NCBI GenBank assembly: GCA_051294375.1
Contig: CM119267.1
Coordinates: 14,315,694 to 14,379,693, forward strand
From: Paraspadella gotoi
Taxonomy: Eukaryota; Animalia; Chaetognatha
Direction: 5' to 3'
Length of the DNA: 64,000 nt
The position numbers were made by a program, and so were the translations under genes. The notes under the pieces were generated by a model. It searched no databases. It was not told the DNA's origin and saw only the letters and a list, made by a program, of their open reading frames with translations. Shown here in pieces: positions 46,656 through 61,000 of the stretch. The first letter of the stretch is position 1. Each line of letters starts with the position of its first letter.

Positions 46656-47850
46656 ATTGATCTACTCATTTTGTCAAGATGGCAACACTCGAACGTGATT
46701 CGAAACATTTGACGAAAAATGGCTTCCGTATTGGGGAAGGAACTATGCATATCTAGCAAAAAAATCGGCAAGAAATATGGCAATCCACGAACCCGCCGTA
46801 AAAATTGACCGGGACGAAAAATAATTGCGAACTTCGCTTCGAGCATTTTCGGCTTCTGCCCCGATTCCATATCATCGTCTACCGCGCTTTTCCTTGTCGC
46901 ACGATCGTCCATGCTTCCTCCCCCTCCTCTGAATTGAGCTCCCAAAGTCTATGGAGCGGCGGCCCAATGAAATGGCGAAGTACCAGGGGCGAAGGTCCCA
47001 GATCCCGCCTCCTTCCTCGCGGAGAACGGGAGTGTTTCATCGAAGGCCTTCTAACGTCACTTTCTACAAAGATAAGGCCCTCACGCTTCTTTCTGGTTCC
47101 CACTCGGTTTTGCTGGTGAAACAATCGGCGAACGTCCACCGTGCTTGTCTCCGACAACAAAGATCTCAATGTCTACGAAGAGTTTGTTTTTATACCTACT
47201 ATCGCTTTGACAACTGGACAATTAAAATAACCCTTAAACCCGTCAAGTTGGAAGGCGACGTCAATCTGCCATGTACTCTACCGCAGGGCATGAACACCGT
47301 GGTTAAGAAGTTCGGTGTGCGCGTAATCAACCCACGCGGCCCCTCGATAACAGGTTCTATTTCCGCGCATGTACCCCAACTCGCGCAAGTCCTACGATCA
47401 TCCCAGCCTCTGCTTAGAGGAGGCGAAAATACACCATCGTTTCGCATCAAGACGCCACTGGCGTGAGCTCACGGCCAAAAAGCGAATCACTCGCTCGTTC
47501 GCACCTTTTTCGTATGGATTCACCCGCTCTTGAGGGGTGTCCGCTTTTTCGAAAGGGGATGGCCTGATCGAGGTCCAGGCTTCCGTGCCCTTTTTCGCGT
47601 ATGGCAAGACTCTGATCAGTGGAGTTGGACTTCTCCGCCATCCCGAAAATGTCACGACGAAAAATATCAGTATCGAAATCGATCGAGTACAACGAGCTCA
47701 ACTGGTTTAAACAGCTTCACGGCCGCCCAGCGAACGCCGATCCTTCTCAACTTCAACATGCGGCGACGCTGCCCGTTTGGGCGCGGCCTCGCCACCCGCC
47801 CCTCACCCCTATTTCGTCTTCCAGGCTAATCGGGCTTCATTTATTCTAGT
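46656..47850 (+). pseudogene. Disrupted coding-like region of unknown family
   Basis: Exon-like GC content after acceptor tttttcttttttcag (46655). Overlapping short ORFs in alternating frames, then a T-rich tail. Confidence 0.4.
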
Positions 47851-50800
47851 CTCTCATTGGTTTCAAGCTACCTCTCGAGTTTATTTTACCGTTTTCTTGT
47901 TCTTATGCGTTTCGTTTTTTGAACAAACCACACCGTTTTTTGTTTATTAATTTATTATACTTAGATGGTCCTTTTTGTCAACTTTTCATTCTAGTCACGG
48001 ACGTCTCATTTTTGAAAGCTAAAAAGATGCTTCGTTTTTCATTTCAATTTTATTTTTGTTGGGATTTTTTATTATATCGAACTGGGTGATGCTATAACTC
48101 CAACTAGAAATTTCTCTAGAATCGACTGTAATCAGAAGGATTTTAAAAAGTACATGGAAATTGACACTTTTTGCAAGCTTTTACACACTTTTTAAATTTT
48201 CGTTACAACTGAATTCAGACTGTGCTGAGGATCTCATTTACAGACTATGTTGTTCATAGTTTTGTTTTTACTCGTCCCATATGTATATTATAAGTTAACT
48301 TTTTTACACACACACACACACAAGCACCACCCACACCAAATCCATGGTACCGAAATCGGGAGGCGGAATATTTATATCGAGCGAATTGTAAATTAGGATT
48401 TCGTTGTAAGTTTTTTGCTGGATCATTGTACTTAATCGGAGGGTTATCAAGTAAGATTCGTGCAAGGAGGTCGATCAGTAATGTCACTTATTCCAAACCA
48501 TCAGATATTTAATAAATGCTGTAAATTTTAAACTTTATTGTAAAGTAGTTAATTGATGTTTTGTTCGCACGTAAAATGGTTTTAATAGAGCTTGGCATGC
48601 GACGCGCAATTTAAGTAAATTTATGATGAGGAGGTTGATCACAACTGAGGTGATGAAAGAAATATGCAAGTGACCACCGTCACCGTGTAACTTAAACTGC
48701 ATTCTAAGATCTTGCCAGGTATTCTATTAGCAAGTTGCACACGAGGTAGTGGGGTGAGAAAAAAAATCCCAATCTGTCTCACTGCGATAATTTTTCCGCT
48801 TACATAAGATCCTTCTTACTCACAAGTGCGTCGAATAGTACCGCCCCTACCTCCTAAGACCTTAGCGTCGTATCGTCGTGTTAATTCGTATAATGTTCTG
48901 CTGAACATAAATCCCTAATTAGCTGCTTGAAGTTACAAGCATAGATACCTATACCTAAAGTACTATGGGTTGCAGTACAATAGAATCAGTACCTTTGTCG
49001 GTTTGAAAACATCAATCCTTTATAATCGAATTAATCTTCGGTCAATCTTGCCCTGACATTTTTTTTTTTCCCCCGTTTTTATGGTATCAAAATTTTATCC
49101 GCGCCCGTGATACCCGTCGTTTTTACCTTAAGAGGAAATAATTTAACTGTATCCATTTTGGCTATCCTGATAGCTCAGATTTCTAGCTTACTATACGCAA
49201 CTTTTTAATGCTACCATGCCCCTTGGACAATAATATCAGATTGTTATTCAATACAAAATCTACGCTCTTCAGTCATCACTCCCAACTAGGAAAACGCCCG
49301 ACATGTAAATAGCAACCTTTTACGCTCATATTACGACTTAGAAACAGCAAATTTGACGATTTACACATATTCCATCAGTTTGCTTTTAATCGGTTTTCTA
49401 TATAGAAATAAATGGTGCTCTATTCTTTTTGCAATAAGACCCTTTGTAATTGATATTGTCAAGTAGCACAAGATAGATGATCAAAAACACTAATAAACTT
49501 GGACAGGCATATCAATTTGGTTTCACATACGTTATTTATGTAACTATTTTGAAGGATGCAGCTAAATATTCATTTACCTAACAATATTTTCAAGTAATGC
49601 GTGGTTTTAATTTTTCACACATTGGGCGTTCCACTCTTTTATACACCTCATGTAACGGCATTTTTTTTGTTGTTCAACTTAGTTTAAAACGAGTTCACAC
49701 TTATTTAAAAAAAGAAATATCTTTGTCTTTATCGTTTTATTAGATTATTATGGAACTTGAAAAATTTTGACATTATCCCAGGCTGCCAGAACGTGGCTCT
49801 CAAGCTGAAATTGTTACCAAAATATTTTTAATGATCAACGATGACAATTTCGTAAAACTCTTAATTAAGTATCTCCAGTTTGGGGCGAAATTATAAAGTC
49901 AGACCATGTATTATGAGGAAGATTGCGGAAATGTATCCGCGGTCGATTATTTGTACAAAAAAATTTACTGATGATATGAAAAGAAAATCTAGAATTGGCC
50001 AACTTTTTTTCAATCGACATTGGACAATTCGAAAAAAAACAAGAATCTCTTTCAGATGCTTGGAATAATTGGTCCTGGCAAAAATCCTCCTACTATCACC
50101 ACGAAGTATATGTGCGCTGTTTATGACGATGCGACTGACCTGGTTTTTGCTGTTGATGCAAACGAAATTTGATATGTTGGGACACAATTGATGGAATTTT
50201 CTGTTTCCTTCAACAATGGGATGGAAGGCTCATGAGAAAATTAATATGTGGCTGGGTGGACCGGTTAAACCATGTCAGGAAACGGTCGCCTGTACTGCCC
50301 TACATTCAACAGACAAATTGTTTTATTAAACGTGGCAAGGAACGGACAAAACCGGCAGTTGATGTAACCTTCAAAGAAAAATTGTCCTTTTGGGAGGAAG
50401 CCATTTCTCGTCCTCTTTTGCTGTCAATGGTCAATATTAATAAGCGTACATCAATTCAATCCGGACCAAACTTTAGTGGCAGGTTTTTAATGTTTTGCCA
50501 ACAAAACTATTTTAATTGGACAATCGCCGCGTTTTGACGATGTTAAGCAACAGGGCTGACTGTAAATTTGAGCGGTATGGTCGCTCTTGCCTGTAAAAGA
50601 GGAGGAATTCAAGTGTTATGTTGTTTTTAGACAACGGCCAGTTGATTCATGAGATTAATTTACCATCGAAAAATTTTCAAATTCAAAACGTCGAGCTCAG
50701 TTCCACGCATGTTTGTATTATCTACCAATGAACATTACCAAGTTGATAGAACAGTGCTTAGTGTATACACTCTAACCGGAATGTATGTTAAGAACTTAGT

Positions 50801-52026
50801 GAGAAGTGGTTGGATAAATAGATGCTTCTTTCACCCTTTTTTGCCTAAGCTTGTTTTCGCTGATGATTATCGTCTGTTTATGTGGGAATTGAGCGAATTA
50901 AGTTCTTCGTGACAACCTGTGATTCAAAACGTCAGTTCTTGTTACATCTTGCTTGTGTGTACGAGTTTGGTTTACTTTGCCAAAGTAGATGACACAACGT
51001 GTTCATCTATTTACCATTTGTATTATTTGTAGATAGTCATAACACCTAATTGTCAAACCGCGTCTAACTTTTTGTGTGAAAGTCATTTTGGCAAGCTTTG
51101 GGTTTGACGAAATATCATATCTTTGATTAAAGTTATTTGGCTTGCATCCCCAATTGTCTAATCGCTTTTGATTAACAACAATTATTGTACTTTTGCCGTG
51201 TTTTAATTCGTTTATGTTTTATAACAAACTATAGAAATGATATCATGGACTTATTCGTTTACCTGAATACAATAAATAGCTACTACTTCTTTCAGTTATA
51301 TAGCAATACTTTCAACAGTTAAAGATTAGTTAATTTAGTTTCGTGAAACTTGATAAATTAAAATTATAAATTACATGTTTCATTATTTTCGGGTCGCCAG
51401 TAACTAATTAAAAAGTAATTAAAACTATTAAATTAAATCACGACTTAATTTTTTTGTGACGAGGGTTTTCAAAAATTTTAATTTTATATTTATTATTTAA
51501 TGAAAGTTTTTTTCTTTTATCATAATTTATATTTCTTCTTATCAATATTTTAATTAAACTAAATCATATATTATTTATATATTATTGGGATGGATGTTAG
51601 TGTTTTCTTCTAGAAATAGAGGGATCATCTATACACTGTATAGTATACAGTATTGTAACTCTCGCGTTTCTGAAGGAGAGAAGCCATGATCGTAACAGTA
51701 ACAGTATACAACACGAGGATTGATTACTTTCTGGATCGGTTTTTAAATAGACATCACACATGAATGATGATTTCTGTTAGAAAATCATTGAGAAACACAT
51801 AATCTCCTAAAGACTGAACAGAAAGGGAATGTATATATATGATTTTTTTTTACTATTAGGGATAAGAATACAGAGTAGATTTGTATGTTATGATAGGGAT
51901 ACATACTGGGAAAAAGTTTTATAGGGGCACCTTTACATTTTGAATATAACTTAAATATGACCTCATCTTATTTTCTTCTTGCTCTACCTTCCTCTTTCTT
52001 TNNNNNNNNNNNNNNNNNNNNNNNNN

Positions 52027-55000
52027 TTGTGAGGATTTTTCAGGAGATCTCGACTCAAATCGAGCGACCGCGACGCTTCGTCCTCCCCTCGACGAAGTCA
52101 AAAAAGAAATCCGACTCTATTCTACGTTTTCGCAAAAGCGAACGCTCCTCCTTTCCGCCAGATGTTCTACCAACTTAGAGAACATGAGGATACGAAGGAA
52201 GTGCAGCATGCTTGTTAACAAATTTAACGATGGGCAAAAGAGATGGAGCGAGGGCTGGCACCGAAAAGGACGGTGGTGCTTGGAAGGAATGCAAGACAAG
52301 GCGCGGAGAATTATACAAGCCAAGAGAGTTGGAAGGAGACGTTAATTGTAAACAACCGGGGAGGATGGCGGCGAAAACGGCTGAGGGATTTCTTCGAAAC
52401 TGCGCTGGTATAGAATCGATAGATGTATTATCGACAGGAAATGGTTAAGCAGAAGCAAATCCAGGCAAAGAGGACTTTCTTGACAGGACGGCGACGATAT
52501 TATCGTAAATAGAGATGACTACGGAGATCTGGATCAAATCTTCTGAAAGGAGACGGCGATGGAGGAGGATGATGTATGAGATAGAGATTGCCTGGACGCG
52601 TATTTGAGATTAGATTTCATTTTCAATTAATTTTTATATAATAGATAGTAAAATCGATTAAGTAAATGGCGCAGACAAAGCAATGGCAAACAAAGAAGTC
52701 GCGTTCAAAAAACCTTTTATTCGGACCAAAGACATTTACGTTGGTCTTCCTTTCCGAAGACGGCTGCGAAATTCTGTTCTCGGCCAAATAACTAGGACTT
52801 TGGAAAAAAATCAAATTGCCGAAGCCAAAAAGCGAATAAACGTCAGAAGATAAAGTGCGCAGAAGGACACTTATATAATATTATATATAGCGAATAATAT
52901 ATAGATACTTGGAATGAATTTCGTCCATTCTATTCATCTGGCCGCAATCAATGCACACATTGCGATAGAGGAGAAAGACTGTGTCGATCTTTTGCTTCGT
53001 CGACAGTCCCATCCGTCGTCGTTGACAGACCATTTGATCGCATAGAGGCTGTTTCACTAGAATCGACGAATTTCGGAAATGTTGGTGAAACGATACGTTG
53101 AGTTCGTTCATTGACCTTAGGTTTTCTTCCAAAGGATTTACGAGGAACGCTTGAACTAGGAATTTTTTAAAAAACAATTCTGTAGGGAAGAAGCTATAGT
53201 TCCTGGGCATACAGAATCTTTTAATCATGCTGGTTCTGTTACTTAGAAAGATAGGAAGTGAAAGCGACGGAAGTATCGAACAGTCTATTTGGGGTAAAGA
53301 GATTACGCAAACGAAATAAAGACCCGAAGAAGAAAAGAATAAAAACAAAAAATGATATTTATTTATTGATGTTTATTATTTTTGATATTCGCACTGTAAC
53401 TACTTCCTCTTATACACTAGTTTGCATTTCGCTGAATATGATCTGATTTTTTTTTCAGCACCATGTCCCAAAAAGTTTTTTAAATCAAAGATGACTGGAG
53501 AAGTTTGAGGAAGATCTTTACTCTCTCAGCGATCTCCTTTTTTTTTTTTTTTTCATCCCAGGAATCGGAGAGCTTTCGCAGCACGGTGAAAAACCCTAGA
53601 TTCGGGACTTTCGTTTGTTTCGATGCCCCAATAATTGATGTGTGAAACAGATTTCCTGCTCCAAAATACGTCTTACTATTAAAGGACGCCCGGTTATAGA
53701 CAAACCGGTTTTTTCGGACTTCTCGAAGAAATGAAGCTTTTGTTTCAAAGTTTTGCTGTAAAAAACGAGGCTGACCTTTCGAATCTAGTCCAAAGAAAGT
53801 TTGCTCAAAAGTATGAAAAATAATTTCATTTCCAACATCTCACAATCGACGGTTGTCGATTTGAGGCCTCGGAGCTTGTCTTATGAAATATGGCAACGCT
53901 GAAGCCGTTTCTTTTTGAACCGGCCTTTTCGATTCCTCTGAAAAGGTGATACTTGTCATCTGATAAAAGAATCCAACTATCTAGCAAAGCCCCGAAAAGA
54001 GGAAAATGTTCGAACCGTGTTGACACAGAATTTGTCAATGTCTCTTCGAAAAGGCGTTTAAGGCGAATGCCGACCTTCGTCTGGAAAGAAAATAGTTGTC
54101 ATTCCAAACTCACTGCGTTTGGATTACGACGGTCGTTTTACAATTGGTTCCTCAACAAAATGATCCGGATTTAAGATATTTAAGAATGAAAAGAAAATTC
54201 AAAGCATTGTATTGTAATTGCAAAAGCGTATGATTTGTCAATTTTCTGCGAACTATAACAAGCATTATGTTGGTGGTTATTTTTTACGATTATTGTATTT
54301 TCAAAATTTCAATATTGCCTAAAGCAAAACATTAGTTGTTTTTTTTGACGACTTTCATTTAGTTCGAGGTTTAAAAATACGAATGATTTCGATATGTACC
54401 TTTTTTTCTTTTTCAGTTACAGACCAGACAATGATAATGCCTTAGTCGATCCGACTTGAGACGGTGACCATCCTTACGCATAAGCAGTCGTGGGAGGGAC
54501 GCTTTCCATGCGTATTCCAGGAGACGGGTGTCAATGACTTGTTACGATGTTAAGGCGCCGAAAGTTACTGGGCTCGCGCTTTGAACCCAATTACCCGACT
54601 ATTCAACCAATACGGATTATCCCCAATTCGAGGTGCTTCGAAGGCAGCCTCTATGATCTAACGGATGTTCCGCCGTCGGTGGAATCCTTCACGACAAGGG
54701 TCGAAGAACGATTTAGGTACGAGGTATATTTTTAAATCCTTCAAATCATTAAATTTTTAAGTTTACGAATTTTAATTATTTTTTCAGCGCGCTTCGAAAA
54801 AACTTTACGACACCGACTGCAGAAAAATCAAGACTTCAAGAATGATTTATGTTAGCGATTAGGCATAAGCGGCATGACTTCTTTTACCCGGCTAAGTTGA
54901 TTTTCCCAACTAGTTTGACACCGCCCCCTTCGTTTGGCGCCCAAACCCCATCCTTCCGCCCATGAAAGAACATTATTCCAAAACTTACGACCCAGGCGAA

Positions 55001-58000
55001 AGATCCCGAACCCGCGGACGAGTTCGAGTGGGAGGCGATGTTTAGGAATTCCTCAAATTCGGTTGCGAGTTCCGTGGTCGCGACGAGCATTGTCAAGTTA
55101 GCAATGAAGCAGTCTGGTCATGATCGTTTCACTATTTACGACAGTGATGCATAACTGAGGAGATAACTTTGTTGACTCTGAACGTAGTGCGAATTAAACT
55201 CTGTAATCGCGGTATTATATTAATGTTAGTGTAAAAATTAATTTCAGATTATATCTGATCATTTTTATGATTAAATAAAACTAACTATTCAATGATGTTT
55301 GTATAAAACATTGAACAATCGTTGATTTCTTTACAGTTTAAAGTACCTTTTTCAATTAATAGTTTAAGAATCAAAAATATTTTTTAAGCGTTTCCTAGAG
55401 CATATAAAAAACGTAGTGCCACAGGAAAGAATAAATTTGGTGCATTTTTTTTTTTTTAAATTCTTTGGAATGCCGCTGATGTATTATTTTATACCACTTA
55501 TTGTTGTCTTTTTAAATATTGATTTATTTTTTAACATATCGCTCAGTACAATAAAAAAAAACTATTTGCCCTTATCAATGTGGATTATGGAGTTACAGAT
55601 AACTTAGAGATATAGAAAGCTTCGATTACTTTATCTTCATCCTCATTTTGACCTACTCGCCGAATTCATTGCAGACCTGATGTGCCGCCGACTCAATTAG
55701 AACCTAAGATAAATTTAAACGCTGTTACCCTTTTACGGTCGTATGAGTTTTGTGGGATTTTCGGAGCTCTATCTTAAATATATAGTTTTTATCTTTATTT
55801 TTCATATTAAAAGCCGGCTTTGTGAAAAGTTATATTTTTCGTTGTTCCTTCCTAATTTGCTTGTAATGTTAGACATGAGATTTACGGTTACGACTACTAA
55901 GTTAAAAATGATTTACTGGATGACCAGTTTCGTCAAATTAGTGTAGATGTTCCAGAAAATATTTTTATACATTGTAAGTATCAATAAATAGTTATTAATG
56001 CTCGCGGTTTCGGGTAACCCCTTTCATATGAGCAAAGTATCATTTTTATTTATCTGTGGATGTATATAATCAGAACAAAATATCAACCAGTCCAAAAAAA
56101 AAAATTCAAGCATTTTTGTTGAAATGAAAAGATTAATTGGCTCCATCATCACTTATGCAACAACTCAGCCTGGTTTACTTTATTGGGGATAATCTGTTCA
56201 ACTGCTTTGCCAAAGAAACCATTTTTTCCATAAATTCTGATTAAAAATATTATGCCAAAGATATAATATTAACAAATATATGAGTAGTCCTCTTGATCAA
56301 AAAGAGTGAAAACCAGTAGAGAGACAAACCTCTTTTTGGAAAAGATATAATTGATTGTTATTAAATATTTTTATAGATAGATATATATATTAAATTAATC
56401 TTTTTATTCAGTCCTAGGGAGGTGCATTATTACATATTAATTATTACCGACACAAATATTATTTGACATTGAAATTAGCCGACTTTTCAAACCGCGGACA
56501 ATTCTATTATACCCATTATGGTAGATGCCTCCCTCTCCTCTATATATATATATATAGAGGGACAACCTAAGAACCCCCTTCCCAAAATAAAATAAATATC
56601 AAGTTTTAGCACAATGCTGAGATACATAGACACAATTACCATTAGCGGTATGCAGACATGTTCGATAATTTAATTAATTTTATAAACAAAGCATAATCAT
56701 TATTAGTCATATAATAATGGAAGAGAGAATAGCACATGGTGATGGCTCGACCTTATACCTTGATATTGGGATCAAAGAGCCATCCATGAAGAGAGATATA
56801 AGATTTCCCAACTGAGGGACCTTCTTATTTTAAATATACCTTAAATATATATATATATGAATTATTTATAGATATTATGAGATTCTCATTAATGATTTTC
56901 TACAAAATATGATGTGTGATTCTACTCAGAAAAATAGAGCAGAAGTAATATAACCCCCTGTGTTGTATTAGATGTTCCTCTTTTCAGAGGCAAACACTAA
57001 CACCCTATTCTCCCATTTAAATAATATAATATTTTCAGATTTCATATTATCAAAAACCAAAATTAATATAAAAATATGATAATAGAGATAAAAAAATTAT
57101 AGAACTTATAATATATATTTTTATTTAAATATTATAAAATCTAATATTGAAACAAGTTATTTGCTAATTTTCATAACATTTAAATTATTTTGGTTTTTTT
57201 CAAATAAATAACTTCCTAACAAGAATGGATGGCTAATATTTTATTAGGGGAGTTGAGTCTTTCATACAATAACATTCTTTGAAATATTTACCACTTTTAT
57301 TGATAGGGAAGCCAGGTATTTGAAGTTTGAAATTAATCAGTATTAAAAAGCTAAAGCTAATTTTTCATTTTTTAAATTTTTTAAAAATATTTTCAAATAA
57401 ATTATTGCATTGGTTGAAGATGCATTGGTTTATCGTTTTACTTCCATTTTTCCCAAATTCTTCCAAATCTGACATCCTCTTGTGTTCATAAAGCTGATAT
57501 TTTTTGTGGTAATACTATGATGGAAAAAAATTGTCGCGGTTACTTTCCAGCTTTTGGAATGAGTTATCCAAAAAAATTTTATTTTTTTCATATCTATATT
57601 TTTTATTTATACTAATTTCTGGTTTTTTTTATTGCTTTTTGAGTATAACCTGTAGCGGTAGTATTTCATACCCCGCTACTCGTTCTAGAATCAGCAGCAC
57701 CTATAGCGCCGGAGCACAGAGGCTCGAATTATAAGCACCACCCTGCAAAATTCCCTAACACATTCGCCTGCCTAATCAAGATACACCAGAGGCTCGAATT
57801 ATAAGCACCACTCTGCAATTGTCCCTCTCTCCTCATTGCGACTGCCAATCAAGTATACACAGAGGCTCGAATTATAAGCACCACCCTGCAAAATCTCCTA
57901 CTCCTCATTCGTCTGCCAATCAAGTATATATCAAAATCCGAACTCCTCATTCGCCCTGCCAATCAAGCTATCGCGGAGGTAGCACGAGCTCCTCCCAACC

Positions 58001-61000
58001 CAAAGCCGAATTCGGCGTTCGCGCCCTGCTGATTCACAACAAGTAAAAATTGGAGGGGCGCGTTTAACCACTGTAGTGACGCGCACTACAGCCCGATCCG
58101 AAAGTTCAGGACCTCTGTGTGCTACGGATGGTAGAACTGCGTTGCGGGCATCGTCTTTCCACATTTGGTGAGCCCGCACAACGTATATGCTGGCTCGTTA
58201 ATAACCTCTGCCCGGGCATGTTTAATGCACCTCTGTGCATCAACTCCATTAAGATAGATTCAGGGATGAATCTTAAATTCATATATCAAAAAAAGAGCGT
58301 CATATAAAACAAACTTAATATTGTAGATGCTTCAGAATATTTTTTTTTATATTATAAAGTAATAAATAAAAGTTTATAAGGGTCTGAGGCTAACCTTTTC
58401 TGTTGAGCAAGTATCATTTTATTTCCTTGGATGTTATTAAACTATTCAAAAAAAAAATAAAGATTTTTTGAAGTAAAAGACAATGCATCATCACACTTAT
58501 GCAGCATATAATTCAGCCTGGATTACTTTATAGGGGGATCAATCTTTAAACTGCCATGCCATAAACTATTTTTTTGCCCGAAATCTTGCATAAAAAATAT
58601 ATCAGGATATTCAATATTAACCAATATATTAAATCGTCTCTCTTGATCTAAAAAGAAAGTGAAAACAGTTGGAGTACAACCTCTTTTGGAAGTATTTGTA
58701 TACATTAAATATTTTATTGCTGTTGAGAAGTATTTTTTTCTCAGTCCTAAGGCTAGCCTCATATTATGTTAAAACTTATTTAACGGTCAAAAATACATGT
58801 TGACAATGAAATTAACCGACTTCTCCAAACCGCGACAATTTTTTTTTTCCATCATGCGTAAATACGTTTTTGTGGAAGAGTAAACGTCTTTTTAACTGCT
58901 TCAAAACAAAAATAATATAAATTTTGTGCCCCTATGGGGACCCCCGCGGCGGCCATTTCTCGCTGTCAATAGTGTCCATTTATATCCTCATTAAGATTCT
59001 GTGTAAAATTTCATGAAATTGTCGGGTAGTTTAATGGGAACGGGTCTGGTCACAAAAAACGTACTGTGGCGAATCGCTAAATTCGCCTCCCTATAGCTTA
59101 GTGAAACTCAACTCGTGCCCATTGGCTTGGACAGTGTTCACCAACCATGAGGTTCCGGGTTCAATCCCCTCACGGGTCAAGAAGGTTTAAGTGTGTTGGC
59201 GTCGGCATAAACACGTCCAGTGGACATGTGGTGGTCAATGTAGCGTCCAAAGCCCTTAGCGCCAGCTGTTGGGAGATTTTAAACTTTTTTATAAATGAAA
59301 TCGTTTTTTCGTGTATGGGTAAGATGAGACTCTTGTTGAGCTACGATTAGAATCCGACGAAACTCCATTCGAAAAATACGTAGTAGACGTGGTTGCGGAT
59401 TGAAATGCCATGCGCCATATAAAAAATGGCGCACTTCCAAAAGCTTATCGGGAATTCGATGTTAGAATCGATTTCATTTACAAATCAGACCTATTTAAAT
59501 TCGCAAATCAAATCAACTATAAAACAATGCAAAAGATTCTAAAGATAATGGGTAATTAGTATGACATGATGCATAACATGTAAAAATTAACATTCTAAAT
59601 CCAATGTTGCTAGCTGGTATAATGCGAAACACCTAAGATTGGCCCCAAAGCTACAGATTTAACCCACAGCTCCCACATAGCTCCCTATTTTGCCCCGGGA
59701 AGTTGACCAGTTTTTAACAAAATTCAAGTACTTTTAATGCGGTTTACAAGTAATTAAAAAAACTCATAAAATAATGTACACAAGACATAGTTCTATACAT
59801 GTAATAAACGAAAAAACGGTAATGGTAAAAAATATAATATAATATAACCATAATGGTAAACCGGAACTTGCGTCAAGACTCGTTATCAAATTATGGTATA
59901 TGTACAAAAATGTTTCTTCTTTTTCCCAGAAATGAAATTTTATTCGAGCCTTTTTATCCCGGTCATTTTAAAACATTTACAGTCACAACTTGGACGAATG
60001 TGGATATGAGCCGACTTTTGCAATTCAAAAACGTTAGTCAATGATCACTTGTCATCCACTTCCGGTCGCGACATCGTTCTCCTGGTAGGCATGACCCGCT
60101 TTACACGATTGGTCTACGTGACCAGACTTACTTTCGCACGAGGGATCAGTTGAGGCTCGAAGTCTCTTGGAGCGGAATTCTATCGAGCAACCGTTGTGCG
60201 GACTGATCACTTTTCACGGTCCGCGTCAACTGGTTGTTTTATCCAATTTTAAATCTGAAAAAATCCTCCCTTTGAGACCTTCGATCCGCCGATATTGTTG
60301 CCTTACTGGAACTAATACCTATTATTAAACTCTTGCTCATCTTTATGGAGTCAAAGCTAAAAGGACCGAACACACAGAATCTGGTGGGAATAATAAAATA
60401 GCAGCCATCGGGGTTCACAATAAGCGAGGCGTTGTTTCTCCATGGTTTAGCCCTCAATTTGTATGCTCGACTCAAAATGGTACGATCACATTGTTCCTTG
60501 CGGAAATTAAGCGACCTACTAAATGGGTCACTTCATTGTCGCGAGAGACCCGCGAAACACTGACTGGTTAAAACAAATTACTACCCAATACCTTAAATGT
60601 TTCGAAGAGTTTTTTCAATGTAGGTATAATTATGATGGAAAACTTTAATTTTAATGTCTTGGAGCCTTCAATAAGAAGGCACTTAGCGAAATTTGCTTTT
60701 TTGCTCCTTTTTGACTTGTTTTATGTATATTGGTTTTTGCTTTCGGGAAAGACTTAGAATTTTTTCTAGTTTTCAAAAAGGAAATTATTCACTGCCGTCA
60801 GATGTTCAAAAGAAATTCGTTGTTCCTCCAGAATTTAATTAAAATACGGCAAGCACTTTCTATTGTTCCGCAGTAATGCCTCACCGTTAAATTGGAACAT
60901 TGATAGCTTCTACATTGGGCATTTTGCCCTTAGAAGCTTCACAACTACTAGTATTTACTCTTTTTATTTTACTTTCTCAGGTTACCAACTAACCCAAAAA

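Noticed and set aside
49700-51000. Short ORFs that might be a transposase or viral relic
   Set aside because: No recognisable catalytic motif in the frames I read, and many stops. A family cannot be assigned without a translated search.
52117-55100. Apparent GTF3C5, RPP38 and POU pseudogenes
   Set aside because: The indel-dominated error pattern next to a gap points to unpolished read sequence, not evolutionary decay.
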